Source: Longimicrobiales bacterium
GTDB taxonomy: Bacteria; Gemmatimonadota; Gemmatimonadetes; Longimicrobiales; Gaopeijiaceae
DNA length: 64,000 nt
Reading direction: 5' to 3'
Assembly: GCA_965223195.1 (NCBI GenBank)
Contig: CBDCVX010000019.1
Span: 96,258 to 160,257 of the forward strand
The position numbers were made by a program, and so were the translations under genes. The notes below the pieces were generated by a model. That model was not told the DNA's origin, ran no database searches, and saw only the letters and a program-made list of their open reading frames with translations. This document shows, piece after piece, positions 1-9,690 of this stretch. How positions within the stretch are numbered: the first letter of the stretch is position 1; every line of letters starts with the position of its first letter.

Positions 1-2
1 AG

Positions 3-1277
3 GTGCAGGTGGAGGACCTACGCTTGGAGCGGTACGGAGGGACGCTGGCCAGCCGGATGTCGCTCTCGCTGGGGTCGGACTCTTTGCAGCCCTTCAGCCT
101 GACCCTGTCCGCCGCCGACGTGGATGCGGGTCAGTTCCTGGGCTCGGTGACGCCGTTGAGCGAGACGGTTCGGGGAACCGTCTCGTTGGCGCTCGACCTG
201 GCCGGTGGTCTGGACGGCGTGCTGTTGCCCGGCACGCGGACCATCGTGGGCACCGGGAGCTTCGCGCTGACGGACGGAAGCCTGGCCAACACCGCCATCA
301 CGGAGCGGATCGCCGGGTTCCTGGAGTGGGATGCGCTCGCGTCACCTTCGATCGAGGGTTGGCGTACGGACTTCCTGGTGGACGACGGCGCCTTCTTGCT
401 CGAGAACGCCCCGCTCGTCGGCGCGCCCGGAGAACCCGTCGTGGGGGGGCGTGTGGGCCTGGACGGATTGGTGGATCTCCTCGCGGCGTTCGACCTGCCG
501 GCGGACCGCGTGGGATCTTCGGTTCTGCGGCGTCTCGGGCTGCCGGAGTCTGCGGTGTCGCAGTTGGAGGGGCAGGGTGGGCTGATCCAGGCGTTGTTGC
601 ACGTGGACGGACCGGTGTCCGACCCGGACGTGGCAGCCGACCCGGACGCGTCGGGGGCATCGGCTCTGGCCGAGACACTGGAGGAGGAAGCGAAGGAGCG
701 AGCCCAAAGCCGAGTGGAGGAGCAGCGATCCCGCCTGGAGGAGCGGGCTACCGGATTCCTGCGCGGCTTGCTCGATCGGCCCGAGCCCGATTCCGTGTCC
801 GGAGACACGATCGTGACGGACACCGCCGCCGCCGCCGATACGACGGACGCCGCAGCGGCGGCAGACAGCACGGCTCCGCTTCCGCCGGACAGCGTTCCGC
901 CGCAGGACACCGTGAGCGCTCCTTCGGCTCCGGCCGACACGCTCCGGATCTCGGAACGATCCCCACACCTCGGCTCGGGGGTTGTCGACGAGGGGGTCGT
1001 CTTCCCGTCTATGTACCGTCCGCGTGACAAATGCGAACATACGGTTGTCCAATGCGTTGCGTGGAGCACTGAAACACTATCGGAAGTTCGTGGAGGAGTC
1101 TCAGCAGCAGCACGAGCAGGCGCGGACCAAATCGCCAGAACGATCGGCGCTTCGTCGGAGTCGGACAGATGGTCAATCACGACCGGGGTTTTAACGCCGA
1201 CACCGAGACCCGCGCAGGCGCTCCCGCCAACGAGCGGAAGGCTGCGGACCGTGCGTCAAACCATTACTTTCGTTTGA
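3..1277 (+). CDS. C-terminal fragment of a large hypothetical protein; the 5' end lies outside the window and the C-terminus is Ala/Asp/Pro-rich low complexity
   Basis: Long ORF open at the window edge; no recognisable family; N-terminal part has ordinary globular-looking composition; stop at 1275-1277. Confidence 0.45.
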   Translation: MQVEDLRLERYGGTLASRMSLSLGSDSLQPFSLTLSAADVDAGQFLGSVTPLSETVRGTVSLALDLAGGLDGVLLPGTRTIVGTGSFALTDGSLANTAITERIAGFLEWDALASPSIEGWRTDFLVDDGAFLLENAPLVGAPGEPVVGGRVGLDGLVDLLAAFDLPADRVGSSVLRRLGLPESAVSQLEGQGGLIQALLHVDGPVSDPDVAADPDASGASALAETLEEEAKERAQSRVEEQRSRLEERATGFLRGLLDRPEPDSVSGDTIVTDTAAAADTTDAAAAADSTAPLPPDSVPPQDTVSAPSAPADTLRISERSPHLGSGVVDEGVVFPSMYRPRDKCEHTVVQCVAWSTETLSEVRGGVSAAARAGADQIARTIGASSESDRWSITTGVLTPTPRPAQALPPTSGRLRTVRQTITFV

Positions 1278-1405
1278 CTTCATTGGGAATCCACGCCACC
1301 ATGCGTCCGTAGTACGGACGAAAAAAAGAGGTTCCGGCCCTACGTCGGTCAGTGAAGCGGTCGGGGCACACAATCATCTCAAACATTTCAGGAAGAAGGA
1401 GCCAG

Positions 1406-1699
1406 ATGAACAAGACCGAGATGGTGCAGAAGCTCGCGAAAAAGACCGGGCTCACCCAGGCGAAGGCTACGGAAGTGGTCGACTGCATTTTCAGCTCCGA
1501 GCCCGGCGAGGGGATCATCGCGGTCGAGCTGGATGCCGGGCGCAAGGTGAGGATCAGCGGGTTCGGCACCTTCGAGACCCGGAGCCGTGCGGGCCGCTCC
1601 GGCCGCAACCCGGCCACCGGCGAGTCGATCTGGATCGAAGCCAAGAAGTACCCGGTTTTCAAGGCCGGAAAGGGGCTGAAGGACCGCGTCGCCGTGTAA
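1406..1699 (+). CDS. hup: HU/IHF family nucleoid-associated DNA-binding protein
   Basis: Translation MNKTEMVQKLAKKTGLTQAKATEVVDCIF...GFGTFETRSRAGRSGRNPATGESIWIEAKKYPVFKAGKGLKDRV is a textbook HU signature (arm motif RNPxTGE, GFGxFE); GGAAGAAGGAG SD 6 nt upstream of ATG 1406; ORF-track start 1352 is an upstream extension. Confidence 0.9.
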   Translation: MNKTEMVQKLAKKTGLTQAKATEVVDCIFSSEPGEGIIAVELDAGRKVRISGFGTFETRSRAGRSGRNPATGESIWIEAKKYPVFKAGKGLKDRVAV

Positions 1700-1747
1700 C
1701 GGAGGCCGTCTTCGAGAGCGAGGCGCGAAATCGGCGCTCCGTGATAC

Positions 1748-1785
1748 GGGCCGACGACCGAGGGGTCGTCGGCCCGTTCGTTCGG
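1748..1785. terminator. GC-rich hairpin (GGGCCGACGACC-gagg-GGTCGTCGGCCC) followed by a T-rich tail between convergent hup and the deacetylase gene
   Basis: Perfect 12-bp inverted repeat with 4-nt loop directly after the hup stop; the tail gttcgttcgg is only moderately U-rich. Confidence 0.4.
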
Positions 1786-1808
1786 CATACGCATGAGGGG
1801 GCGCGATA

Positions 1809-3392
1809 TCAGTGGTCGCGAAAGCCCTCGATGCGCGCCTGTAGGGCCGGGATCGAGAACCCGTGATCCACGCCGATGCGCCGCACGTTCATTGGGTCGA
1901 TCTCGTCGTTGAGGCCGTTGTAGGCGGACGCGCAGCACGCGTATCCGGCCGATTGAACCATCTCGATCCCTTCGGGCGTGATGTTGTGCCGCGCCCCGAA
2001 GGGGTATGCGAAGTAGACCTTCTCGAGTCCTAGCCGACGCTCCAGGTCCTGCTTGGATTGCACGAGCTCGCGCTGCAGGGTCTCGGGGTCCGCGCTGCCG
2101 CAGTCGATGTGGTTCACGGTGTGGGATCCGACCGTGAACCCGTGCGACCTGAGCCGGTCGACCTGCTCCCACGACATTACCGGGACCCGCCGGCCGACCT
2201 GCGCCAGGTCGTGATCGAACGCCCGCTCGGTTCCGAGCATGCCGGTGTTGACGAAGAACGTGGCCGGGATGCGGTGCTGGAGCAGGATCGGAACCGCCCG
2301 CTCGAAGTTGTCCCGGTACCCGTCATCGAACGTGATGGCGACGGCCGGACGCGATGAGCTGCGAGGCACGCGTCCGTTCACGACGTCGTCCATGGACACC
2401 ACCGGATAATGGCGGCGGATCCATGCCATCTGTCGGTCGAACTGTTCGACACCGACGGTCAAGTTGTCTCGCATCTCATCGGACACGCGGTGGTAGAGCA
2501 ACACTGCCACCCGCTGCTTGCCCCGCCATCCGCGCAGGGCGCTGCGAAGGCGTGCGAACCCTCTCACGTAGGTGCGAAAGAACAACCTCTTGAGCACGTC
2601 CCGCGGAGTAGACCGCGGACGCTCTCGTCGCTTGACCTCTCCGAGCTGCCGCAGGCTCGGCCGCCGGTAGGTCCGCCCGCCTTGCGGCTGCGGCTGAAAC
2701 GTGGCTCGCCCTTCTCCCAATAGATGCACGGCGTCGACGACCATTTCCACCCCGAGCTCGTCCAGGATCAACTGGAGCGACGACACCGTGGAATGTGGCC
2801 GGCGCGGGACCGTCCCTTCGAGCAGGATGGGTCCGGTATCGAGCTTGGCGTCGATCCGGTGAACCGTGCAGCCGACCGAGTCCTCGTCGTTGTAGATCTC
2901 CCAGAAAGCGGGCGGCATTCCCCGGTAGTCGGGTAGCTTTCCCTTGTGGAGGTTGATGCTGCCCAGGCGAGGGATGCTGAACAACGCTTCGCGGAGAATG
3001 GGCGCAGCCAGAGAGATGCCGAGGTCCGGCGCGAACGCCTTCACGGCCTCCAACACGGTCGGTTGGGTCAGCGACTCCGCCTGGATTCGTTGCACGCGCG
3101 GGTCCGCGAGAATCGCGTCGAGCTCGTACTCCGCTCCGAGTGGGCTCTCCGCCCCGGGCCGAGCGCGGACGAACCGGCCCGGAAGGCTACGGGCTTGAAA
3201 CACGATCCACCGCCACCCCGACCTCCGGAGATGCCGCATTTGGGCGCGAGCGATCCGGCGCAGTGAGCGACGGGGCGTGTGCTGCAGAAGCAGAAAACGT
3301 GTCTCGGGAAACTCTTCCATCAACCGCCGGATACCCTTCCGGACGGAAAACAGGTCGAGGTCACGCGTGAAAACGACAATCCGATGAATCAC
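1809..3392 (-). CDS. Fusion protein: N-terminal formyltransferase (Fmt/ArnA-FT-like) domain plus C-terminal NodB-type polysaccharide deacetylase domain
   Basis: N-part has HKGKLPDYRGMPPAFWEIYNDEDSVGCTVHRIDAKLDTGPIL (formyl-transferase catalytic core). C-part has VAVLLYHRVSD...AITFDDGYRDN...FFVNTG...HTVNHIDC (NodB Asp-Asp / His-His motifs). The ORF-track start at 3566 would overlap the convergent lipoprotein start at 3539, so the likely start is GTG 3392 (VIHRIVVFTRD..., typical FT N-terminus). Confidence 0.75.
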   Translation of the reverse strand: MIHRIVVFTRDLDLFSVRKGIRRLMEEFPETRFLLLQHTPRRSLRRIARAQMRHLRRSGWRWIVFQARSLPGRFVRARPGAESPLGAEYELDAILADPRVQRIQAESLTQPTVLEAVKAFAPDLGISLAAPILREALFSIPRLGSINLHKGKLPDYRGMPPAFWEIYNDEDSVGCTVHRIDAKLDTGPILLEGTVPRRPHSTVSSLQLILDELGVEMVVDAVHLLGEGRATFQPQPQGGRTYRRPSLRQLGEVKRRERPRSTPRDVLKRLFFRTYVRGFARLRSALRGWRGKQRVAVLLYHRVSDEMRDNLTVGVEQFDRQMAWIRRHYPVVSMDDVVNGRVPRSSSRPAVAITFDDGYRDNFERAVPILLQHRIPATFFVNTGMLGTERAFDHDLAQVGRRVPVMSWEQVDRLRSHGFTVGSHTVNHIDCGSADPETLQRELVQSKQDLERRLGLEKVYFAYPFGARHNITPEGIEMVQSAGYACCASAYNGLNDEIDPMNVRRIGVDHGFSIPALQARIEGFRDH

Positions 3393-3538
3393 AGTGGGGA
3401 AGGCTGGCAGGAATAGAACTACGATGTTACCTGTGGCGGGCGCGAAGGGCCCGTCGTGTGTAACCGACAGGCCATGAATCTTCGGCCGCGCAGCCGCGTC
3501 CGCAAGCGGATCCGGCGCCCACACTTGCCACCGACGCC

Positions 3539-4459
3539 ATGATCCGCCTCCGAGTCGCTTCCGCACTGCCGGTCGCCGCGCTGGTTTTTTCCACGGGTTG
3601 TGCCGGTCCGGCCGGCTCCCTCGGCACGACGCCCGGCGCCCACGACGACGGTTTCCAGGCGAGCGCTCTGCAGGGCGCCTGGTTGGCCCGGGAGTACGTG
3701 TTGGCGTCCGGCGCGCGTCATCCTCTTCGCGGCCAGATCCTGTTCGACCGGTCCCGGTGGACAGTGCTGTTCTTCGTGCTGGACTCCGGCTCGGAGCCCG
3801 CGAGGGCGTCGGCCGAGGGCGGGTCGTACGTGGTGCGCGCGGACTCGGTCGTGTTCACGCACGTCTATCACTATTCGTCCGGCCGGGCCTTGGACGGCCT
3901 TCCGGAAGCGAGCCTCCGCATGGTGGCGCGCGACGGCACGGGGCCGACCGAGCCTACGCGCTTCGCCGTAACGGGCGACGACATGACCCTGTTCTTCCCC
4001 AGCGGGAACCGCATGACCTTCGTTCGGGCGGCGGCCGCCAACGGGCTCGAGCGGACGCGCGTCCTGACCGCGGTCCAGGACCTGTTCGACGCCATGCAGC
4101 GCGCCGACCGGGAACGCATTGCGCAACTGTTCGTGCCCGGCGCGACCCTGTTCGCCATCGGGCCGGACTTCGCTGCGCCTCCGCGCCGCACGACGGACGA
4201 GGAGTTCCGCGAGGCGATGGACCGCCCGGGAGCGTTTCTGGAGCGAATGTGGAGCCCGGAGGTGCGGATCGCCGGCAACCTCGCGCAGGTGTGGACGCCA
4301 TATGACTTTTATCGGTCCGGCCGGTTCAGCCACTGCGGAGTGGACGCGTTCCATCTCGTGAAGCACGAAGGGGAATGGCGCATCACCGCCATCACCTATA
4401 CGGTGCAGGGAGCGGAGTGTCCGCCCAGTCCCCTGGGCGCCCCGTCGGGTGGCCGCTAG
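3539..4459 (+). CDS. Lipoprotein with C-terminal NTF2-like/SnoaL-like (DUF4440-like) domain
   Basis: Signal peptide plus lipobox MIRLRVASALPVAALVFSTGC; C-terminal region (...RIAGNLAQVWTPYDFYRSGRFSHCGVDAFHLVKHEGEWRITAITYT) resembles NTF2-fold proteins. Confidence 0.65.
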   Translation: MIRLRVASALPVAALVFSTGCAGPAGSLGTTPGAHDDGFQASALQGAWLAREYVLASGARHPLRGQILFDRSRWTVLFFVLDSGSEPARASAEGGSYVVRADSVVFTHVYHYSSGRALDGLPEASLRMVARDGTGPTEPTRFAVTGDDMTLFFPSGNRMTFVRAAAANGLERTRVLTAVQDLFDAMQRADRERIAQLFVPGATLFAIGPDFAAPPRRTTDEEFREAMDRPGAFLERMWSPEVRIAGNLAQVWTPYDFYRSGRFSHCGVDAFHLVKHEGEWRITAITYTVQGAECPPSPLGAPSGGR

Positions 4460-4497
4460 TGGACTGCAACGGATAGTGCGACAACGGGGGGGCGGAC

Positions 4498-5949
4498 GTG
4501 GGCGTAGGTAAGAAACGTGGTGCGTACGGTTGCGGGTTGCTCCTGATTCTTTCCGCATGTGGCGACTCGGTCGGCCCGGGGACGGTCACGACCGTCGATT
4601 CGGTGGTGCCCGGCCCGCAGTCGGTGGGCGTCGCCGGCCGTCCGGATGTGGTGGTGACGTTTGCCGAGCCGTTGTCCGATACGGCCGGAACGTTGGCCGG
4701 CAGCGTATTCGGGCGGTGGTCGGGTCCCATGTCCGGCGTCTGGCAACTTGCTTCCGATCGCCGGACCGCAACGTTCACCCCAGTCCGGGCGTTCATGGCC
4801 GGCGAGTGGGTGACTGTCACCCTTCCCGGTCGGATCGGCGGGGGCTACGAGTGGGGATTCTGGATCGGCACCACGGCGGGCTCGCTGGACTTTTCCAATC
4901 CCACGGTGCTCTCCACACGGGCCTTCGGAGAAGCCCGCATACGCAGCTACGGTGCGTACGCCGGGGACCTCGACCAGGACGGCTGGAGCGACCTCATGAT
5001 CCCCAACGAGGACGTCAACGACGTTCGCGTGTTCTTCAACGACGGGGCCGGCGGCTATGACACGTACGACCGCTACCTCGTGCCCTCGGGCGACAAGCCG
5101 AGCACGAACGAGGGGGCCGATCTGGACGGGGACGGGGACATTGACCTCCTCATCGGAAACTCCCGTAACGACGTGGTGACGGTGTTCCTGAACGAGGGAG
5201 ACGGCACCTACCGACACGGAGGTAGCCACCGCGCCCAGGAGCAGGTGCGGGGACTTTGCGTTGCCGATTTCAATCTCGACGGCGTGCCGGACGTCGTGAC
5301 CGCGAACCGGATCGGCGACGGGAACGGAACGGTTTCGGTCTTTCTCGGTGACGGCGTGGGCGGCTTCGGGCCGGCACAGACCATGGACGCCGGAATCGAC
5401 GGTGAGACCGCGTGTGCCGTCGGCGACGTAGACCGGGACGGCCGCACCGACGTCTTCATCGGTGGGCTCCACTCGGCGGAGATTGCCGTGCTGACCAGTG
5501 ACGGGACCGGGGTGTTGTCGGCTGCGGGTACGTTCGCAGCCGGCGGCGGCCCGTGGATGCTCGCCTCCGGCGACCTCAACGGAGACGGGTTCGTCGACGT
5601 GGTCTCGGCCAACAACAACGAACACAACGTCGCCATCTTGTTCGGAGACGGGCAGGGGAGCCTGAGCGCGCCTGTCACCTACGCGGTGGGAGAACGCCCG
5701 CTGGCCGTAGACCTGGGAGATCTCGACGGCGACGGCGACCTGGACGTGGTGTCCAGCAACTTCTCGGGCGTGGATTTCACCGTGTACGAAAACTCCGGGA
5801 GCGGCAGCTTGGTGAATCCGCGCTCCTACCCGGCCAGCAGCGCCGGCTCGTGCGCGATCCTTCACGATCGTGACAACGACGGCGACCTGGACGTGACGGG
5901 GATCGACGAGTTGGACGACCTGCTGTTTCTGTTCGTGAACGGCGGTTAA
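4498..5949 (+). CDS. FG-GAP/VCBS-repeat (integrin-alpha-like beta-propeller) lipoprotein with N-terminal Ig-like domain
   Basis: Lipobox LLLILSACG; at least 7 repeats of DxDxDGxxDhhhxN...V(F)xNxGxGxF, e.g. DLDGDGDIDLLIGNSRNDVVTVFLNEGDGTY; GTG start after a G-rich SD. Confidence 0.8.
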   Translation: MGVGKKRGAYGCGLLLILSACGDSVGPGTVTTVDSVVPGPQSVGVAGRPDVVVTFAEPLSDTAGTLAGSVFGRWSGPMSGVWQLASDRRTATFTPVRAFMAGEWVTVTLPGRIGGGYEWGFWIGTTAGSLDFSNPTVLSTRAFGEARIRSYGAYAGDLDQDGWSDLMIPNEDVNDVRVFFNDGAGGYDTYDRYLVPSGDKPSTNEGADLDGDGDIDLLIGNSRNDVVTVFLNEGDGTYRHGGSHRAQEQVRGLCVADFNLDGVPDVVTANRIGDGNGTVSVFLGDGVGGFGPAQTMDAGIDGETACAVGDVDRDGRTDVFIGGLHSAEIAVLTSDGTGVLSAAGTFAAGGGPWMLASGDLNGDGFVDVVSANNNEHNVAILFGDGQGSLSAPVTYAVGERPLAVDLGDLDGDGDLDVVSSNFSGVDFTVYENSGSGSLVNPRSYPASSAGSCAILHDRDNDGDLDVTGIDELDDLLFLFVNGG

Positions 5950-5985
5950 GGAGGGCGTTTTTAGGTCGGCGAGCAGCGGCGCAGG

Positions 5986-6900
5986 TCAGCCGGGCTCGGG
6001 ACCGGCGTCGATCACGTGACGCTCGATCTCCACGCCGGGCGCCACCTGGTCCAGCAGCGCCGACACGGTCGCAAGCTGGCTCGTGCGGGCGGTCCGCTCC
6101 GCCAGGACGACCCGACGGATTCGGGGATCACCTCCTCGGTCGCCGGCACCGAAACGCATCGCTGACAGGGCTCCGGTCAGCGGAAGCAGCGCCGGATTGT
6201 AGGCGGCGTTCTCCGCGTAGCGTCCGGCCCATCGGGTCCCGTCCGCCAGCTCGATCGCGCAGCCCGACTGCCCACCGGTATAGGGAGCGTAGGACAACGC
6301 CATGGCGTCGAGCGCCAAGGCCAGCAGCGGATCTCCGTCCGGCGCCGGCGGAGGTGCTCGATCTCCGGCGGCGGGCGGGCGGAGAAGGTGTCCCGTCCTC
6401 CCCAGCGCTTCCGGAGAAAACGCGTCGGGCATGAGCTTGGCGAGTGCGGCGGGCTGCAGCGGTCCGTCACCGCCGCACACCACGATGCGGAGGTCCGCCC
6501 CCAGCTCCCACAGAAACTGCCGGCAGTACCCGCACGGTGGTGAGGAAGTCGCGACGGCCGCCAAGCCACAGGCGCCGTCCAGCCAGGCCTGGTTCACCGC
6601 CGCCTGCTCGGCGTGCAGGGTAAACACCGGAGACGTGCCCGCCACCTCCAGGTTGGCGCCCAGATAGAGGTCGCCCACACCCGCTCCCGTGGCTTCCGCC
6701 AAGGCTACGGCGCCGACTGAATATCCCGAGATCGGCGCGCGGGCAAAGGTCTTGGCGATGCCCACGGATGCGCAGAGGATCTGCGGAAGACTGAGTCCTT
6801 CCTCTTCCACCAACCGGCTGAGCAGCTCGGACGGGACCTTGCCTTCGGGTCCCACGGCTGCGGTCAGCTTCGCGACCACGCTTTGAGAGAGGTTTAGCAA
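5986..6900 (-). CDS. cdd: Cytidine deaminase, two-domain (E. coli Cdd-like)
   Basis: HAEQAAV and PCGYCRQF zinc-binding motifs, about 300 aa, second pseudo-catalytic domain (YAPYTG...AENAAYNP) as in dimeric Cdd. Confidence 0.85.
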   Translation of the reverse strand: MLNLSQSVVAKLTAAVGPEGKVPSELLSRLVEEEGLSLPQILCASVGIAKTFARAPISGYSVGAVALAEATGAGVGDLYLGANLEVAGTSPVFTLHAEQAAVNQAWLDGACGLAAVATSSPPCGYCRQFLWELGADLRIVVCGGDGPLQPAALAKLMPDAFSPEALGRTGHLLRPPAAGDRAPPPAPDGDPLLALALDAMALSYAPYTGGQSGCAIELADGTRWAGRYAENAAYNPALLPLTGALSAMRFGAGDRGGDPRIRRVVLAERTARTSQLATVSALLDQVAPGVEIERHVIDAGPEPG

Positions 6901-6984
6901 TCAGCTACCGATGGAAATCGAGGCATCGGCCGGCCCGGACCGTCCGGACCGGCCGTAGGGCCGGTTCACGCCGGGGCGACCGGG

Positions 6985-7767
6985 TCACGCCGGGGCGGAC
7001 ATGGTGTGGAGCGCGAAGCAGGCTCCCTGGGGATCCAGGCACTGCGCGACGCGATCTCCGCCGGGCACCTCCATGGGACCCATGAGCACCGTGCCTCCAT
7101 TCGAGCGCACCCGCTCCAGGGTGGAGTCGATGTCCTCGACCCGCACGTAATAGACCCACGAGCTGACGGGCACGCCCTCCGGCTTGTTCATCATGCCGCC
7201 GAAGGGCGCCGGGCCCCGGTTGATGATCTGGTAGATCCCGGCGTCGCCCATGTCCATCGGCTCGCCTTTCTCCCAGCCGAACAGATCGGAGTAGAAGTCG
7301 AACGCACCTTCGTAGTTGTCGGTCATGAGCTCGTGCCAGGAGACCTCCCCGATGCGCGGCTCCCCATCATGGCCGGGCGCCTCACCTTCGGGCCGATAGG
7401 CCGCGAACACCGCGCCGGCCGGATCCTGCAGCACAGCGAACGTACCCACGGAGGGGATGTCTTGGGGCGGGACCAACACGGTGGCCCCCAGCTCGGCGGC
7501 GCGGTCGGCGGTGGCTTGCACGTCCGGCGTGGCGATGTGCGCGATCCAGTGGGGTGGAGCTCCGGCCTCGCGGGCCTGATCGGGAAGCTCCATGACGCCA
7601 CCGATCGATCCGCCGCCTTCGGTGGTCCACATCCGGTACGGCATCTCGCCGCCTTCCCACGTGTCGGTGCCCCATCCGATCACCTTCGTATAGAAGTCCG
7701 TGGCCGCGTCCGGATCCGTGGTGAGCAGCTCATACCAGACGAATCGACCCTTCGGTATGTCCGCCAT
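6985..7767 (-). CDS. Tandem VOC (glyoxalase/bleomycin-resistance/dioxygenase) domain protein
   Basis: Two repeated halves, each with the FxWYEL...G / VSWHEL...G pattern typical of VOC-fold proteins; good codon usage. Confidence 0.8.
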   Translation of the reverse strand: MADIPKGRFVWYELLTTDPDAATDFYTKVIGWGTDTWEGGEMPYRMWTTEGGGSIGGVMELPDQAREAGAPPHWIAHIATPDVQATADRAAELGATVLVPPQDIPSVGTFAVLQDPAGAVFAAYRPEGEAPGHDGEPRIGEVSWHELMTDNYEGAFDFYSDLFGWEKGEPMDMGDAGIYQIINRGPAPFGGMMNKPEGVPVSSWVYYVRVEDIDSTLERVRSNGGTVLMGPMEVPGGDRVAQCLDPQGACFALHTMSAPA

Positions 7768-8147
7768 GTGCGATGCCTCCGTTCCGTTGATGACCGTAGG
7801 GAAGACTCCTGTCTCCCGGTGTTCGCGCCCGCTGCTCCGGGGCTGCCGCCGGCAAGGGCCGCTTCACACCCGAGTTCTCAATGTAGTGTCCCGTTGCAAA
7901 AGTCGCTGAGCCATTCGGATGGAGCGACGACCCGCCAGGACCTCGTCGGAGCTTCAGGTCCCCACACGGGGCCTGGCCACCGCCGGAATCCGGCCCGATT
8001 CGTGCACCCGGCGGCCCTCGTTTCGTGCACGTTTCAACCCGCAAATTCCCCTTGCGCAATTGGTTGAAGCCGACGCGCCTTACGGCCTGGAACGCATATT
8101 GCTAGCTTTGAGTGTTGCACGGGCGCGAAGCGTCTAGATGAAGGAGA

Positions 8148-9629
8148 ATGAAATCCAACCCGCTAAAGGACCGGATAGCCATGAGACTTAGGGCATGCGT
8201 GTTTGCCGCCGCGCTCGCGCTGGTTGCCGCCCCACTGACTGCCCAGCAACCCGGTACCGTCGAACTCGGACTCTTCAGTCGCATGACGTGGTTCGACGAT
8301 GCCAATCCCATCTCTGAAGTGCCCCCGATCGGCATCGGTGCGCGCCTCGGAGTCTTCCCGATTCCCAACCTTGCCCTCGAAGTATCGGGCTCGTATTCCG
8401 ACACCCACATCGAGCTGACCGAAGACGACGTCAACTACCTGCCCCTGCGGGGCTTGGCGGTGCTCAACATTCCTGCCGGCGACGTCATTCCCATGATCGG
8501 TGCCGGGTTCTCGATGAGCCGTTACAGCGGCGCCATCGACGAGACCGACACCGGCATCAGCGGACTGCTCGGGATACGGGCGTACTACACCGATCGTACG
8601 TCGGTCCGTACCGAGGTGACGCTCGACTACATCAGCTCGCCGTTCAACGAGGGCGGGGACGTGGACCGGCACCTCAACTGGGGCTGGCAGCTAGGCCTGT
8701 CCTACGCCCTGAGCGGCGGCCGTGCGGCCGACAGCGACGGAGACGGTGTATCGGACAACCGGGACCGTTGCCCGGGCACGCCGCGTGGCGAGCCGGTGGG
8801 ACTGGACGGCTGCCCGTTGGACGGTGACGGAGACGGCGTGAGCGATTCTGCCGACCGTTGCGCAGACACGCCTGCCGGCGTGCGCGTGGACGCGAACGGA
8901 TGCGCCGTCGACACCGATCGGGACGGCGTGGCCGACCACATGGATCGCTGCGCCAACACGGCGTCGGGCGCTTCGGTGGATGCGAACGGCTGTGAGGTCG
9001 ACGGCGACGGAGACGGCGTGCCGGACTCGCGGGACCGCTGCTCCAACACGCCCTCCGGAACCAGCGTGGACGCCAACGGCTGCCCGCGGGATTCCGATGG
9101 AGACGGCGTGCCGGACGCGCGTGACCGCTGTGCGAACACTCCGCAGAACGCGGACGTGGACGCCAACGGCTGCCCGACCGACTCCGACAACGACGGCGTG
9201 CCGGACGGAATCGACCGCTGCGCCGACACCGAAGCCGGGGCGGACGTGGATGCCCGCGGTTGCCCGGTGCTCTTCGCAACGGAAGAGGAGACCACGTTGG
9301 TTCTCGAAGGTGTCACGTTCGAGACCGGCAGCGCCGAGCTGACGGCTTCGGCCCGCTCGACGCTCAACGTGGTGGCGGAGTCGCTGAACGGGAACCCCGA
9401 CGTGCGCGTCGAGGTTGCGGGGCACACGGACAACACCGGGTCCCGGGCCTTCAACGTGCAGCTCTCGCAGGATCGCGCCGAGTCGGTGCGTAGCTACCTG
9501 CAGAGCCGCGGCGTTACGGCCTCCAGAATGGAGGCGCGCGGATACGGACCCGACGAGCCGACGGCCACCAACGCGACGGCTGCCGGTCGGCAGCAGAACC
9601 GCCGGGTGGAGCTGCGCAGGCTCAACTAG
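8148..9629 (+). CDS. Outer-membrane protein: N-terminal beta-barrel, central thrombospondin type-3 (TSP3) Ca-binding repeats, C-terminal OmpA peptidoglycan-binding domain
   Basis: Signal peptide MRLRACVFAAALALVAAPLTAQQ (probable true start ATG 8181; the ATG at 8148 sits only 1 nt after its AAGGAG). Eight DxDGDGVxDxxDRCxxTP repeats. C-terminus VEVAGHTDNTGSRAFNVQLSQDRAESVRSYL...RRVELRR is an OmpA_C signature. Confidence 0.85.
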   Translation: MKSNPLKDRIAMRLRACVFAAALALVAAPLTAQQPGTVELGLFSRMTWFDDANPISEVPPIGIGARLGVFPIPNLALEVSGSYSDTHIELTEDDVNYLPLRGLAVLNIPAGDVIPMIGAGFSMSRYSGAIDETDTGISGLLGIRAYYTDRTSVRTEVTLDYISSPFNEGGDVDRHLNWGWQLGLSYALSGGRAADSDGDGVSDNRDRCPGTPRGEPVGLDGCPLDGDGDGVSDSADRCADTPAGVRVDANGCAVDTDRDGVADHMDRCANTASGASVDANGCEVDGDGDGVPDSRDRCSNTPSGTSVDANGCPRDSDGDGVPDARDRCANTPQNADVDANGCPTDSDNDGVPDGIDRCADTEAGADVDARGCPVLFATEEETTLVLEGVTFETGSAELTASARSTLNVVAESLNGNPDVRVEVAGHTDNTGSRAFNVQLSQDRAESVRSYLQSRGVTASRMEARGYGPDEPTATNATAAGRQQNRRVELRRLN

Positions 9630-9654
9630 CCGAACGCTTCACACCTGTCGGCAG

Positions 9655-9690
9655 GAGGCCCCGACCACATGGTCGGGGCCTCTTTTTTTT
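9655..9690 (+). terminator. Rho-independent terminator downstream of the OmpA-TSP3 gene
   Basis: GAGGCCCCGACC-acat-GGTCGGGGCCTC perfect 12-bp stem immediately followed by T8. Confidence 0.8.

Noticed and set aside
7006-8067. 353-aa + ORF
   Set aside because: Antisense to the tandem-VOC gene and then runs through intergenic DNA; junk composition
8674-9454. Multiple 200-250-aa minus-strand ORFs
   Set aside because: Generated by the nucleotide-level TSP3 repeats of the OmpA gene on the opposite strand; Arg/Pro-rich translations
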